From positions 79,603-143,602 of the forward strand of contig CAVVNM010000014.1 in the NCBI GenBank assembly GCA_963749575.1: a stretch of DNA of 64,000 nt, written 5' to 3'. Source of the stretch: an uncultured Alphaproteobacteria bacterium (GTDB lineage: Bacteria > Pseudomonadota > Alphaproteobacteria > Acetobacterales > Acetobacteraceae). Made by a program: the position numbers and the translations under genes. Shown here piece after piece: positions 19,791 through 28,656 of the stretch. The notes under the pieces were generated by a model. That model saw only the letters and a program-made list of their open reading frames with translations, made no database searches and was not told the origin of the DNA. Position 1 is the first letter of the stretch, and the number at the start of each line of letters is the position of its first letter.

Positions 19791-20484
19791 ATGGCTTTCA
19801 TGTTCTTACGGGAGACGATACGGACATATCGGGAACGCGACCCCGCGGCGCGGTCCTGGCTCGAGGTCCTGCTGTGCTACCCAGGCGTGCATGCCGTCAT
19901 GTGGCACCGGCTGTCGCACTGGCTATGGCGCCATGATCTGCACCTGCTGCGGGCGGTTCTCGTCGCATATCGCCCGCTGGCTGACCGGCATCGAAATCCA
20001 TCCTGCCGCCAGGATCGGCCGGCGGCTGGTGATCGACCATGGCATGGGCGTGGTGATCGGCGAAACCGCCGAAGTCGGCGACGACTGCTACTTCTACCAC
20101 CAGGTTACCCTGGGGGTCGCCCGCACCAGCGGCGGCAAGCGACACCCAACCGTCGGCAACAACGTGATCATCGGCGCCGGGGCCAAGGTGCTGGGGCCGA
20201 TCACGGTGGGCGACAACGCGCGGGTCGGCGCCAATGCGGTCGTGCTGGACAACGTGCCGGACAACACCACCGTGGTGGGCATGCCGGCGCGCCCGGTGGA
20301 CCGCGCGCCGACCCGCGGCCGCAAGGGGCCGGTGTTCGATCCCTACGGCATCCCTTGCGACGACAGCCTCGACCCGCTGCTGCGCGATCTCGACCAGATG
20401 CACTGCGAGCTGGCCGAACTCGAGGGGCGCGTCGCACGGCTGGCAGAGGAGCAGATGCGCCAGCGCCAGGCGGCGGCGGAGTAG
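19791..20484 (+). pseudogene. cysE: Serine O-acetyltransferase, frame broken by one apparent extra base near 19951-19953
   Basis: N-terminus [32 protein letters not shown] (frame of ORF 19791). The remainder [19 protein letters not shown]...hexapeptide repeats lies in the frame of ORF 19612..20484. Length minus 1 nt gives 231 codons. Confidence 0.85.
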
Positions 20485-20487
20485 CCG

Positions 20488-20973
20488 GTGCAGCTTTCCA
20501 CCCGCGGGCGCTATGCGGTGATGGCGATGGTCGATCTGGCCACCCGCCAGACGCTGGGCTGCGAGTGCGGACCGATCTGCCTGGCGGAGATCGCGGCGCG
20601 GCAGAAGCTCAGTCAGGCCTACCTGGAGCAGCTGTTCGGCAAGCTGCGGCGCGCCGGGCTGGTGGATTCGGCGCGCGGACCGGGCGGCGGCTATCGGCTG
20701 GCGCGGCGGTCCGACGCGATGCCCATCGCCGACATCATCGCCGCGGTCGATGAGCCGATCCGCGCGACGCGCTGCGCGAACGGCAGTGCCGGCTGCATCG
20801 AAGGCAGCGGCGACGCCGGGCCGACGCGCTGCCAGACCCACGATCTGTGGGAGGAGCTGGGCCGGCAGATCCGGTTCTTTCTGCAGGGCGTCACCCTGGC
20901 CGACGTGGTCGCCGGCCGGATCATGGGCCGCGCCGTGAAGCCGGACCATGGCCGGACGCTGGCGGCCGACTAA
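20488..20973 (+). CDS. iscR: Rrf2-family transcriptional regulator (IscR-like)
   Basis: GTG start. [18 protein letters not shown]... wHTH, with a Cys cluster CANGSAGC...C. 161 aa. Confidence 0.8.
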   Translation: MQLSTRGRYAVMAMVDLATRQTLGCECGPICLAEIAARQKLSQAYLEQLFGKLRRAGLVDSARGPGGGYRLARRSDAMPIADIIAAVDEPIRATRCANGSAGCIEGSGDAGPTRCQTHDLWEELGRQIRFFLQGVTLADVVAGRIMGRAVKPDHGRTLAAD

Positions 20974-20975
20974 CC

Positions 20976-22073
20976 ATGGTCTACCTCGACGCCAACGCCA
21001 CCGAGCCGCTGCGCCCCGAGGCCCGTGCGGCCATGCTGGCGGCGCTGGAAGTCACCGGCAATCCTTCGTCGGTGCATGCCGCGGGGCGCGCGGCGCGGCG
21101 AATTCTGGAGGATGCCCGCGAGTCGCTGGCCGCCCGATTTGGCGTGGCGACGCCGCACCTGGTGTTCACCTCGGGCGGCACCGAAGCCGATGCGCTGGCG
21201 ATCCATGCGCTGGGTGCCGGCCGGCGGGTGATCGTCGGCGCCACCGAGCACGACGCGGTGCGCTCGGCCGCGGCCGAGGCGTTGCAGCTGCCGGTGGATC
21301 GCGACGGGGTGGCCGATCTCGACACGCTGGCGGCATGGCTGTCGGAAGCCGCTCCGGCACTGGTCTGCCTGATGCTCGCGAACAATGAGACGGGCACGAT
21401 CCAGCCGGTCGCGGAGGCCGCCGAACTCTGCCGGCGCCACGGAGCCTGGCTGCACGTCGATGCGGTGCAGGCGGCGGGGCGGATCGATGTCCGCCGATCC
21501 GAGCTCGGCGCGCACAGCATCGCCATCTCGTCGCACAAGTTGGGCGGCCCGACCGGCGCCGGCGCCTTGCTGCTGGCACCCGACGTTGCCGCGATCACAC
21601 CGCTGATCGCCGGCGGCGGTCAGGAACGCGGCCGCCGGGGCGGCACTCCTCCGCTGCCCGCAATCGCCGGATTTGCCGCCGCGGCGTCGATTGCCGCGGG
21701 CGCCGCCCGGCTGGCGCCATTGCGCGATGCGATCGAGGCCGCCGCCGTGGCAGCCGGCGCCATGATCTGCGGTGCCGGTGCGGCGCGGTTGGCCAACACC
21801 ACCTGCCTGGCGCTGCCTGGCGTGCGCGCCGACGCACAGGTGATCGCGCTCGACCTCGACGGAATCGCGGTCAGTGCCGGCGCCGCCTGCAGCTCCGGCA
21901 AGGTGACCGCGAGCCATGTGCTGGCGGCGATGGGGCTCGGTCCGCTCGCCGGCCAGGCGATCCGGGTCTCTCTGCCGTGGAACGCAACCGCGGCCGACGT
22001 CGCTGCCTTCGCCGCCGCCTACCCGCGCATGGCGGGCCGGCTGCGCGAGGTGCTGGCGTCGCGCGCCGCCTGA
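20976..22073 (+). CDS. Cysteine desulfurase family protein (NifS-like, class V aminotransferase)
   Basis: Start [11 protein letters not shown] (frame-checked). PLP-Lys context [10 protein letters not shown] and active-site SAGAACSSG. Confidence 0.8.
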   Translation: MVYLDANATEPLRPEARAAMLAALEVTGNPSSVHAAGRAARRILEDARESLAARFGVATPHLVFTSGGTEADALAIHALGAGRRVIVGATEHDAVRSAAAEALQLPVDRDGVADLDTLAAWLSEAAPALVCLMLANNETGTIQPVAEAAELCRRHGAWLHVDAVQAAGRIDVRRSELGAHSIAISSHKLGGPTGAGALLLAPDVAAITPLIAGGGQERGRRGGTPPLPAIAGFAAAASIAAGAARLAPLRDAIEAAAVAAGAMICGAGAARLANTTCLALPGVRADAQVIALDLDGIAVSAGAACSSGKVTASHVLAAMGLGPLAGQAIRVSLPWNATAADVAAFAAAYPRMAGRLREVLASRAA

Positions 22074-22089
22074 ACCCACATTGGCCGCC

Positions 22090-23293
22090 ATGACAGGACC
22101 TCCGCCACGCCCGAACCGCCCGGTCTATCTGGACAACCAGGCGACCACCCGCTGCGATCCCCGCGTGGTGGCAGCGATGCTGCCCTGGTTCACCGAGCAC
22201 TACGGCAACCCGCACAGCGTCGAGCACGTGATGGGCACCGAGGCGGAAGCCGCGGTCGAGGACGCTCGCGGCGCATGTCGCCGCGCTGATCGGCGCCGAT
22301 GCCAAGGAGCTGGTGTTCACCTCCGGCGCCACCGAGAGCAACAACATCGCCATCAAGGGTGCCGCCCGCTTCGCGCTGCGCGCCGGCAACGAGCGGCGGC
22401 GGATAGTCACCGTGGCGACCGAGCACAAATGCGTCCTCGAATCGGTGGCCGATCTGGCGGACGAGGGGTTCGAGCCGGTGTTCCTGCCGGTGCGCCCGGA
22501 CGGGCTGCTGGATCCCGATGTGCTGCGCGCGGCGCTGCAGGTACCGACGCTGCTGGTCAGCGTCATGGCGGTGAACAACGAGATCGGCGTGGTGCAGGAC
22601 ATCGCCGCACTCGCTGCCATCGCCAAGCAGGCCGGCGCGCTGTTTCACACCGACATCGCCCAGGCAGCGGGCAAGATTCCGCTCGACCTGACCGGCTGGA
22701 AGGTCGACCTGGCGTCGATCAGCGGCCATAAGATCTACGGCCCGAAGGGCGTCGGCGCGCTGTATGTCCGGCGGCGGCCGCGCGTGCGGCTGACCCCGCT
22801 GTTCTCCGGTGGCGGGCAGGAGCGCGGACTTCGCTCGGGCACCCTGCCCGCACCCTTGATCGTCGGAATAGGCGAGGCCTGTCGCCTGGCACAGATCGAA
22901 ATGGCGGCGGAGACGCAGCGGCTTGCCGGCCTGCGCGACAGCCTGCTGGACCGGCTGCGGACGGCGATCCCCGGCATCGCAGTGAACGGCAGCATGGCAG
23001 CGCGGATCCCCGGCAACCTGAACCTCAGCTTCCCCGCCGCCACCGCGGCGGACCTGATGGCGCGCGTGCCCGACCTCTGCGTGTCCACCGGATCCGCCTG
23101 TTCCTCGGCCACGATCGAGCCATCCTACGTGCTGCGGGCGCTGGGGCTGAGCGACGCCGCGGCCGCGCGCACCTTGCGGATCGGGATCGGACGCTTTACC
23201 TCGCCCGCCGATATCGACTATGCGGCGGCGGCGCTGGCTGCGGCGCATGACGGGGCGCCGGCTCCCGGCATCGAACGATTCGCCCAGGCCTGA
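22090..23293 (+). pseudogene. iscS: Cysteine desulfurase IscS-type, frame broken by one apparent extra base near 22270
   Basis: N-terminus VYLDNQATT...GNPHS...AVEDAR (frame of ORF 21916), then [24 protein letters not shown]... (ORF 22313..23293) with [10 protein letters not shown] and STGSACSS. Length minus 1 nt gives 401 codons. Confidence 0.9.
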
Positions 23294-23311
23294 ACGGAAC
23301 CGATTGGCCAC

Positions 23312-23644
23312 ATGCCAAGGATGACCTTCATCGAGCGCGATGGCACGCACCGCGACGTGGATGCGCCACTCGGCCTCTCGGTGCTGGAGATCGCGCACCA
23401 GCACGGCGTCGATATCGAGGGAGCGTGCGAGGGCTCGCTCGCCTGCTCCACCTGCCATGTCATCGTCGATCCTGCCTGGTCCAGGAAGCTCGCCGAACCG
23501 ACGGAGGACGAGGAGGATATGCTGGACCTTGCGTTCGGCCTGACCGAAACCTCGCGGCTCGGCTGCCAGCTCGTGATCACCGAGGCGCTGGATGGCCTGG
23601 TGGTGAAGCTGCCCGCCGGCACCCGCAATCTGCTGAACGAATAG
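23312..23644 (+). CDS. fdx: 2Fe-2S ferredoxin (adrenodoxin/Fdx type)
   Basis: 110 aa. Cys pattern [12 protein letters not shown] ... GCQ. Confidence 0.85.
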   Translation: MPRMTFIERDGTHRDVDAPLGLSVLEIAHQHGVDIEGACEGSLACSTCHVIVDPAWSRKLAEPTEDEEDMLDLAFGLTETSRLGCQLVITEALDGLVVKLPAGTRNLLNE

Positions 23645-23648
23645 CGCC

Positions 23649-24809
23649 ATGCGCATCCTGGTCGCGATGTCGGGCGGGGTGGACAGCAGCACCGTCGCCG
23701 GGCTGCTGCACGAGGCGGGCCACGAGGTGATCGGCGTCACGCTGCAGCTGTACGACCACGGCGCGGCGGCCGGACGGAAGGGCGCGTGTTGCGCCGGCCA
23801 GGATATCCACGATGCGCGCCGGGTGGCGGATCATCTCGGCATCCCGCACTACGTGATCGACGCCGAGACGCGGTTCGCCGATGCGGTGATCCGCGACTTC
23901 GCCGACAGCTATGCGGCCGGTGAGACGCCGGTGCCCTGCATACGCTGCAACCAGACGGTGAAGTTTGCCGACCTTGCCGCGCTGGCCCATGGCCTCGGGG
24001 CCGAACGGCTGGCGACCGGGCACTACGTGCGGCGGATCGATGGCCCGGAGGGGCCGGAACTGCACCGCGCCGCCGACCACGCGCGCGATCAGAGCTGGTT
24101 CCTGTTCGCCACCACGCGCGAGCAGCTTGCGTTCACGCTGTTTCCGCTGGGGGAGATGGTCGACAAGCGGACGGTGCGCGCCGAAGCGGAACGGCTCGGT
24201 CTGCCGGTGGCCGCCAAGCCCGACAGCCAGGACATCTGCTTCGTCATGTCGGGGCACTACGCCGACACGGTGGTACGGCTGCGGCCGGACGCCGGCGAAG
24301 CGGGCGACATTGTCGATCGGGACGGCCGGGTGCTGGGCCGGCATGACGGAATCGCGCGCTACACGGTTGGTCAAGGCAAGCGGCTGGAGGCGGCGGCGAT
24401 GGATCGCGGGACGCGCCAGACCGTGGTTGCGCTCGATCCGACGCGGCGACGGGTGATCGTGGGGCCACGCGACGCAGGCACGCGAGTGGTGCGATTGCGT
24501 GAGGTGAACTGGCTGGTGCCGCCGTCCAATGGATCGCTGGCGTGCCAGGTGAAGCTGCGCGCGAGAGAGGCGCCGCAGCCGGCGACCGTGTCACCCACTT
24601 GCGCCGAGCTGACGGCCGGGGCGGTGGTGTGGCTCGATGCGCCTGCTCTGCCGGCGCCCGGACAGGCCTGCGTGTTCTACGCTGGCTCGCGTGTGCTGGG
24701 CGGCGGCTTCATCTGCCGGACCGCGGCGGCGGCGGCAGTTGACGCGGCGGGGGACGGCAGACTATCTCCCCTGCCCTTCGGATCGGATGGCGGCGTAGCT
24801 CAGCGGTAG
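23649..24809 (+). CDS. mnmA: tRNA 2-thiouridine(34) synthase
   Basis: PP-loop VAMSGGVDSS and conserved CIRCN, RDQSWFLF motifs. The ORF tail runs 21 nt into the tRNA gene, so the true C-terminus is uncertain. Confidence 0.9.
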   Translation: MRILVAMSGGVDSSTVAGLLHEAGHEVIGVTLQLYDHGAAAGRKGACCAGQDIHDARRVADHLGIPHYVIDAETRFADAVIRDFADSYAAGETPVPCIRCNQTVKFADLAALAHGLGAERLATGHYVRRIDGPEGPELHRAADHARDQSWFLFATTREQLAFTLFPLGEMVDKRTVRAEAERLGLPVAAKPDSQDICFVMSGHYADTVVRLRPDAGEAGDIVDRDGRVLGRHDGIARYTVGQGKRLEAAAMDRGTRQTVVALDPTRRRVIVGPRDAGTRVVRLREVNWLVPPSNGSLACQVKLRAREAPQPATVSPTCAELTAGAVVWLDAPALPAPGQACVFYAGSRVLGGGFICRTAAAAAVDAAGDGRLSPLPFGSDGGVAQR

Positions 24810-24863
24810 AGCAGGGGAATCATAATCCCTTGGTCGGTGGTTCAAATCCGCCCGCCGCTACCA
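24789..24863 (+). tRNA. tRNA with CAT anticodon (elongator Met, or Ile2 if lysidine-modified), CCA encoded
   Basis: Hand-folded cloverleaf: acceptor GGCGGCG/CGCCGCT, D arm GCTC-AGCGGTA-GAGC, anticodon arm GGGGA-ATCATAA-TCCCT, T arm GGTGG-TTCAAAT-CCGCC, then A-CCA. 75 nt. Confidence 0.9.
24832..24863 (+). repeat. Direct repeat copy 1 (attL-like): 3' end of the tRNA
   Basis: ggtcggtggttcaaatccgcccgccgctacca. Recurs at 28657..28688 with 2 mismatches. Confidence 0.9.
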
Positions 24864-25064
24864 ATCAGATCAAGGAGTTATACGCCGAAGCGAAGCTCGG
24901 ATGGCCCCCATGGGAAAATCCGGGGCGCAGGTGGGGAACCGTGAACGCGTTTTTTATTGCGCATCCTGATTGGCCACCGTCGCCCGGTTGGCGAGACACG
25001 ATGGTGCCCGAAGTTGCTCTGGAGCGAGGTGCCATATCTCATCAATGCTGACAGAGGCGCTTCC

Positions 25065-25584
25065 GTGGCGAGCATCACCATCCGCAACCTGGACGACTCG
25101 CTGAAATCCCGTCTGCGTATTCAGGCGGCGGTTCATGGCCGCTCGATGGAGGACGAGGCGCGTGACATTTTGCGCTCGTCACTCAATCAGAAGCCGCCGG
25201 AACCAAAGAACCTTGTCACGGCGATCAATGCCCTCCCTGCTGCGACCGTGTTCATTTCCGCCGTCACGCAAGCGGAAATCCTCCATGGCACTGGTGCCGG
25301 AAGGGAAGCGGCGAGAGGGGTTGGCACGGGCCGTCCGCACCGCGTTCGAGACCCACTTTCGCGGCCGTATTCTGCCCTTCGACTCGGAAGCTGCCTAGGC
25401 GTTCGTCCCCCTGGCTACCGGCCGCCGCCAGGCTGGCCGGCCGATGTCACAGGCGGACGTTCAGATTGCCGCGATCGCCCGATCCCGCGGTGCAGTCCTT
25501 GCCACCCGCAACGTGGCGGATTTTGCCGGATACGGGGGCGAGATCGCTAACCCTTGGGGTGGTTCCGCAAAGGAGCCGGCCTGA
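25065..25584 (+). pseudogene. Decayed fitAB/vapBC-type toxin-antitoxin module (RHH antitoxin fused to truncated PIN toxin)
   Basis: VASITIRNLDDSLKSRLRIQAAVHGRSMEDEARDILR is a FitA/VapB-like N-terminus. Near 25230 it jumps into the PIN middle (VFISAVTQAEILHG). There is a frame switch near 25290 and an in-frame TAG at 25396-25398. The C-terminus QADVQIAAIARSRGAVLATRNVADF is PIN-like. Confidence 0.7.
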
Positions 25585-25758
25585 AAAGTGCCGAGGCCGA
25601 TCCGCCGGTTTATTCCGGTACACCCGATAACTGGCTGAAATAGCTGATCTTTCGCCTCAAACCGGACGGAAGCAAATGGAACCGCTATTCAGCGCGCGAT
25701 CGCCGCCGCACACGCCGGTGCGTGCGCGCAATTCGTTGCTGCGCGGATGTCGTCGGCG

Positions 25759-28572
25759 TCAGAGGGTCTTTGTGGTGTTGTAGGCTCTGATGGCCAGTGC
25801 CTGCGCGGTAAGATCGTCAACGGTTTGGAACGCCCCCACAGCCACGCCGCCCAGCAGCAGCAGCGCGGTGGCCACTGGACCTCCGGGGCTGGCGAAGTTG
25901 CCAGGGGATTCCGCGCTGGCTATCGCGGTCGGATAAAACGATGAGAGGTCAGTAGCCGGCTGCGACGTATTCGAGCCGGCCGACTGGTATGCGCCGGCGG
26001 TCGCCTCAAGCGCCCCCAGGGATACCGGAGGTTCCACCGCCAGCGCGGTCTGCAAGGTGGGTTGGGCCGCTCCGCTCCAGCCGGTGAAGATCCCGGCCTG
26101 CTGCGCAATGCTGGCGATGTCGGCATCAGGATCGGTGGCGGCCAGCTGGGTGGCCAGGGCGTTCATCGCGTTGATCGAGCGGGTGCCGGTGACGTTCGCG
26201 GCGATCTGCACCGCCGGGCTGTCGATCTCTCGCGTCAGCGTGCCGTTCGCCAGCCGCGTGCCGGTCTGGGCAACCACGGTAAGGCTCTGCGAGCCGCCGG
26301 TGCCGGTGACGTAGGTCAGCTGCGCGAACTCATCGGCGGTGAAATCGGTCTGGCCGGTGACATTGTTGCCGGCCAGCCAGAGCTGCCCGCCGGTGCCGCC
26401 GCCATCGCCCAGCGCCACGCGATATCCGGCGATCGTCTGTCCGGCTGCTGCGCCGGCCTTGAACAGACCGACCATCCGGTAGCTGTCGCCAGCCTGGGCG
26501 GTGAAGTTGCCCGCGGTCTGCAAGGTGGGTTGGGCCGCTCCGCTCCAGCCGGTGAAGATCCCGGCCTGCTGCGCAATGCTGGCGATGTCGGCATCGGGAT
26601 CGGTGGCGGCCAGCTGGGTGGCCAGGGCGTTCATCGCGTTGATCGAGCGAGTGCCGGTGACGTTCGCGGCGATCTGCACCGCCGGGCTGTCGATCTCCCG
26701 CGTCAGCGTGCCGTTCGCCAGTCGCGTGCCGGTCTGGGCAACCACGGTAAGGCTCTGCGAGCCAGCGGTGCCGGCGACATAGGTCAGCTGCGCGAACTCA
26801 TCGGCGGTGAAATCGGTCTGGCCGGTGACATTGTTGCCGGCCAGCCAGAGCTGGCCGCCGGTGCCGCCGCCATCGCCCAGCGCCACGCGATATCCGGCGA
26901 TCGTCTGTCCGGATGCTGCGCCGGCCTTGAACAGACCGACCATCCGGTAGCTGTCGCCAGCCTGGGCGGTGAAGTTGCCGTCGGTCTGCAAGGTGGGTTG
27001 GGCCGCTCCGCTCCAGCCGGTGAAGATCCCGGCCTGCTGCGCAATGCTGGCGATGTCGGCATCAGGATCGGTGGCGGCCAGCTGGGTGGCCAGGGCGTTC
27101 ATCGCGTTGATCGAGCGAGTGCCGGTGACGTTCGCGGCGATCTGCACCGCCGGGCTGTCGATCTCTCGCGTCAGCGTGCCGTTCGCCAGCCGCGTGCCGG
27201 TCTGGGCAACCACGGTAAGGCTCTGCGAGCCGCCGGTGCCGGTGACGTAGGTCAGCTGCGCGAACTCGTCGGCGGTGAAATCGGTCTGGCCGGTGACATT
27301 GTTGCCGGCCAGCCAGAGCTGCCCGCCGGTGCCGCCGCCATCGCCCAGCGCCACGCGATATCCGGCGATCGTCTGTCCGGATGCTGCGCCGGCCTTGAAC
27401 AGACCGACCATCCGGTAGCTGTCGCCAGCCTGGGCGGTGAAGTTGCCGTCGGTCTGCAAGGTGGGTTGGGCCGCTCCGCTCCAGCCGGTGAAGATCCCGG
27501 CCTGCTGCGCAATGCTGGCGATGTCGGCATCAGGATCGGTGGCGGCCAGCTGGGTCGCCAGGGCGTTCATCGCGTTGATCGAGCGAGTGCCGGTGACGTT
27601 CGCGGCGATCTGCACCGCCGGGCTGTCGATCTCTCGCGTCAGCGTGCCGTTCGCCAGCCGCGTGCCGGTCTGGGCAACCACGGTAAGGCTCTGCGAGCCG
27701 CCGGTGCCGGTGACGTAGGTCAGCTGCGCGAACTCGTCGGCGGTGAAATCGGTCTGGCCGGTGACATTGTTGCCGGCCAGCCAGAGCTGCCCGCCGGTGC
27801 CGCCGCCATCGCCCAGCGCCACGCGATATCCGGCGATCGTCTGTCCGGCTGCTGCGCCGGCCTTGAACAGACCGACCATCCGGTAGCTGTCGCCAGCCTG
27901 GGCGGTGAAGTTGCCCGCGGTCTGCAAGGTGGGTTGGGCCGCTCCGCTCCAGCCGGTGAAGATCCCGGCCTGCTGCGCAATGCTGGCGATGTCGGCATCG
28001 GGATCGGTGGCGGCCAGCTGGGTCGCCAGGGCGTTCATCGCGTTGATCGAGCGGGTGCCGGTGACGTTCGCGGCGATCTGCACCGCCGGGCTGTCGATCT
28101 CCCGCGTCAGCGTGCCGTTCGCCAGCCGCGTGCCGGTCTGGGCAACCACGGTAAGGCTCTGCGAGCCAGCGGTGCCGGTGACGTAGGTCAGCTGCGCGAA
28201 CTCATCGGCAGTGAAATCGGTCTGGCCGGTGACATTGTTGCCGGCCAGCCAGAGCTGCCCGCCGGTGCCGCCGCCATCGCCCAGCGCCACGCGATATCCG
28301 GCGATCGTCTGTCCGGATGCTGCGCCGGCCTTGAACAGACCGACCATCCGGTAGCTGTCGCCAGCCTGGGCGGTGAAGTTGCCAGCTACGAGTGCATTGC
28401 TGATGCTGATTACGTCAACCGGCGCTGAGCTCGAGGCAGGAGTGGTTGATGTCGCAACTGCGGACGCGGGCGTGGTGCTCGAAACCGACGCGTCCTGCGT
28501 AGCGGGGTTGTCCGTTGTGAAACTGTAGCCGGCTGGCAGCTGCAACGAGAATGGAAGGATGCTCAAACTCAT
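25759..28572 (-). CDS. Repeat protein of unknown function: 64-aa S/T/P-rich N-terminus, 5 x 156-aa near-identical units, 93-aa tail with one hydrophobic segment
   Basis: Start chosen at MSLSILPF (ATG 28572); an alternative ATG is at 28635. Third codon positions are almost uniformly G/C on this strand. The opposite-strand 788-aa ORF is Arg/Gly-rich shadow. Confidence 0.75.
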   Translation of the reverse strand: MSLSILPFSLQLPAGYSFTTDNPATQDASVSSTTPASAVATSTTPASSSAPVDVISISNALVAGNFTAQAGDSYRMVGLFKAGAASGQTIAGYRVALGDGGGTGGQLWLAGNNVTGQTDFTADEFAQLTYVTGTAGSQSLTVVAQTGTRLANGTLTREIDSPAVQIAANVTGTRSINAMNALATQLAATDPDADIASIAQQAGIFTGWSGAAQPTLQTAGNFTAQAGDSYRMVGLFKAGAAAGQTIAGYRVALGDGGGTGGQLWLAGNNVTGQTDFTADEFAQLTYVTGTGGSQSLTVVAQTGTRLANGTLTREIDSPAVQIAANVTGTRSINAMNALATQLAATDPDADIASIAQQAGIFTGWSGAAQPTLQTDGNFTAQAGDSYRMVGLFKAGAASGQTIAGYRVALGDGGGTGGQLWLAGNNVTGQTDFTADEFAQLTYVTGTGGSQSLTVVAQTGTRLANGTLTREIDSPAVQIAANVTGTRSINAMNALATQLAATDPDADIASIAQQAGIFTGWSGAAQPTLQTDGNFTAQAGDSYRMVGLFKAGAASGQTIAGYRVALGDGGGTGGQLWLAGNNVTGQTDFTADEFAQLTYVAGTAGSQSLTVVAQTGTRLANGTLTREIDSPAVQIAANVTGTRSINAMNALATQLAATDPDADIASIAQQAGIFTGWSGAAQPTLQTAGNFTAQAGDSYRMVGLFKAGAAAGQTIAGYRVALGDGGGTGGQLWLAGNNVTGQTDFTADEFAQLTYVTGTGGSQSLTVVAQTGTRLANGTLTREIDSPAVQIAANVTGTRSINAMNALATQLAATDPDADIASIAQQAGIFTGWSGAAQPTLQTALAVEPPVSLGALEATAGAYQSAGSNTSQPATDLSSFYPTAIASAESPGNFASPGGPVATALLLLGGVAVGAFQTVDDLTAQALAIRAYNTTKTL
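26041..28386. repeat. Tandem array, 5 x 468 bp, nearly identical units, in frame with the CDS
   Basis: The landmark ggtctgcaaggtgggttgggcc occurs at 26047, 26515, 26983, 27451 and 27919 (period 468). Shadow ORFs also recur with the same period. Confidence 0.95.
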
Positions 28573-28656
28573 AGCTTGCAACTCACGATGCGGTGCCAGT
28601 CTAGGCTTGCATGCTTTACGAGCGCTGAAATTCATCGCGGGGGAAGCACGTTGACG

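Noticed and set aside
24789-24809. The mnmA ORF running 21 nt into the tRNA gene as evidence of a further frameshift or a fused gene.
   Set aside because: The conserved MnmA sequence ends about 35 codons earlier (…VFYAGSRVLGGGFI). The tail is low-complexity Ala/Gly-rich, and I cannot tell a real extension from a shifted stop. Not enough evidence either way.
24789-24863. tRNA(CAT) as the initiator tRNA-fMet.
   Set aside because: Positions 1 and 72 can pair (G-U) rather than showing the C1-A72 mismatch. The anticodon stem ends in an A-T pair next to the loop instead of three consecutive G-C pairs. Elongator Met versus Ile2 (lysidine) cannot be resolved from sequence alone.
25396-25398. In-frame TAG in the PIN-toxin remnant as stop-codon readthrough or recoding.
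   Set aside because: The gene also has an internal deletion and a frameshift. Multi-lesion decay is the simpler explanation.
26041-28386. Tandem array considered as CRISPR or as a diversity-generating retroelement target.
   Set aside because: The period is 468 bp with no unique spacers and lies fully in frame inside a CDS. There are no cas genes, no reverse transcriptase and no template/variable repeat pair with adenine-specific differences.
26062-28428. 788-aa plus-strand ORF covering the tandem repeats (plus periodic 92-93 aa ORFs on both strands).
   Set aside because: It is antisense to the minus-strand ORF, whose third codon positions are almost all G/C. The plus-strand translation is Arg/Gly/Ala-rich with no unique termini. 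This is a typical high-GC shadow ORF.
28634-28656. Extension of the att-like repeat further into the tRNA body (shared ggggaa with the anticodon stem region).
   Set aside because: Only a 6-mer plus scattered matches, and it requires a gap. This is indistinguishable from chance in GC-rich DNA.
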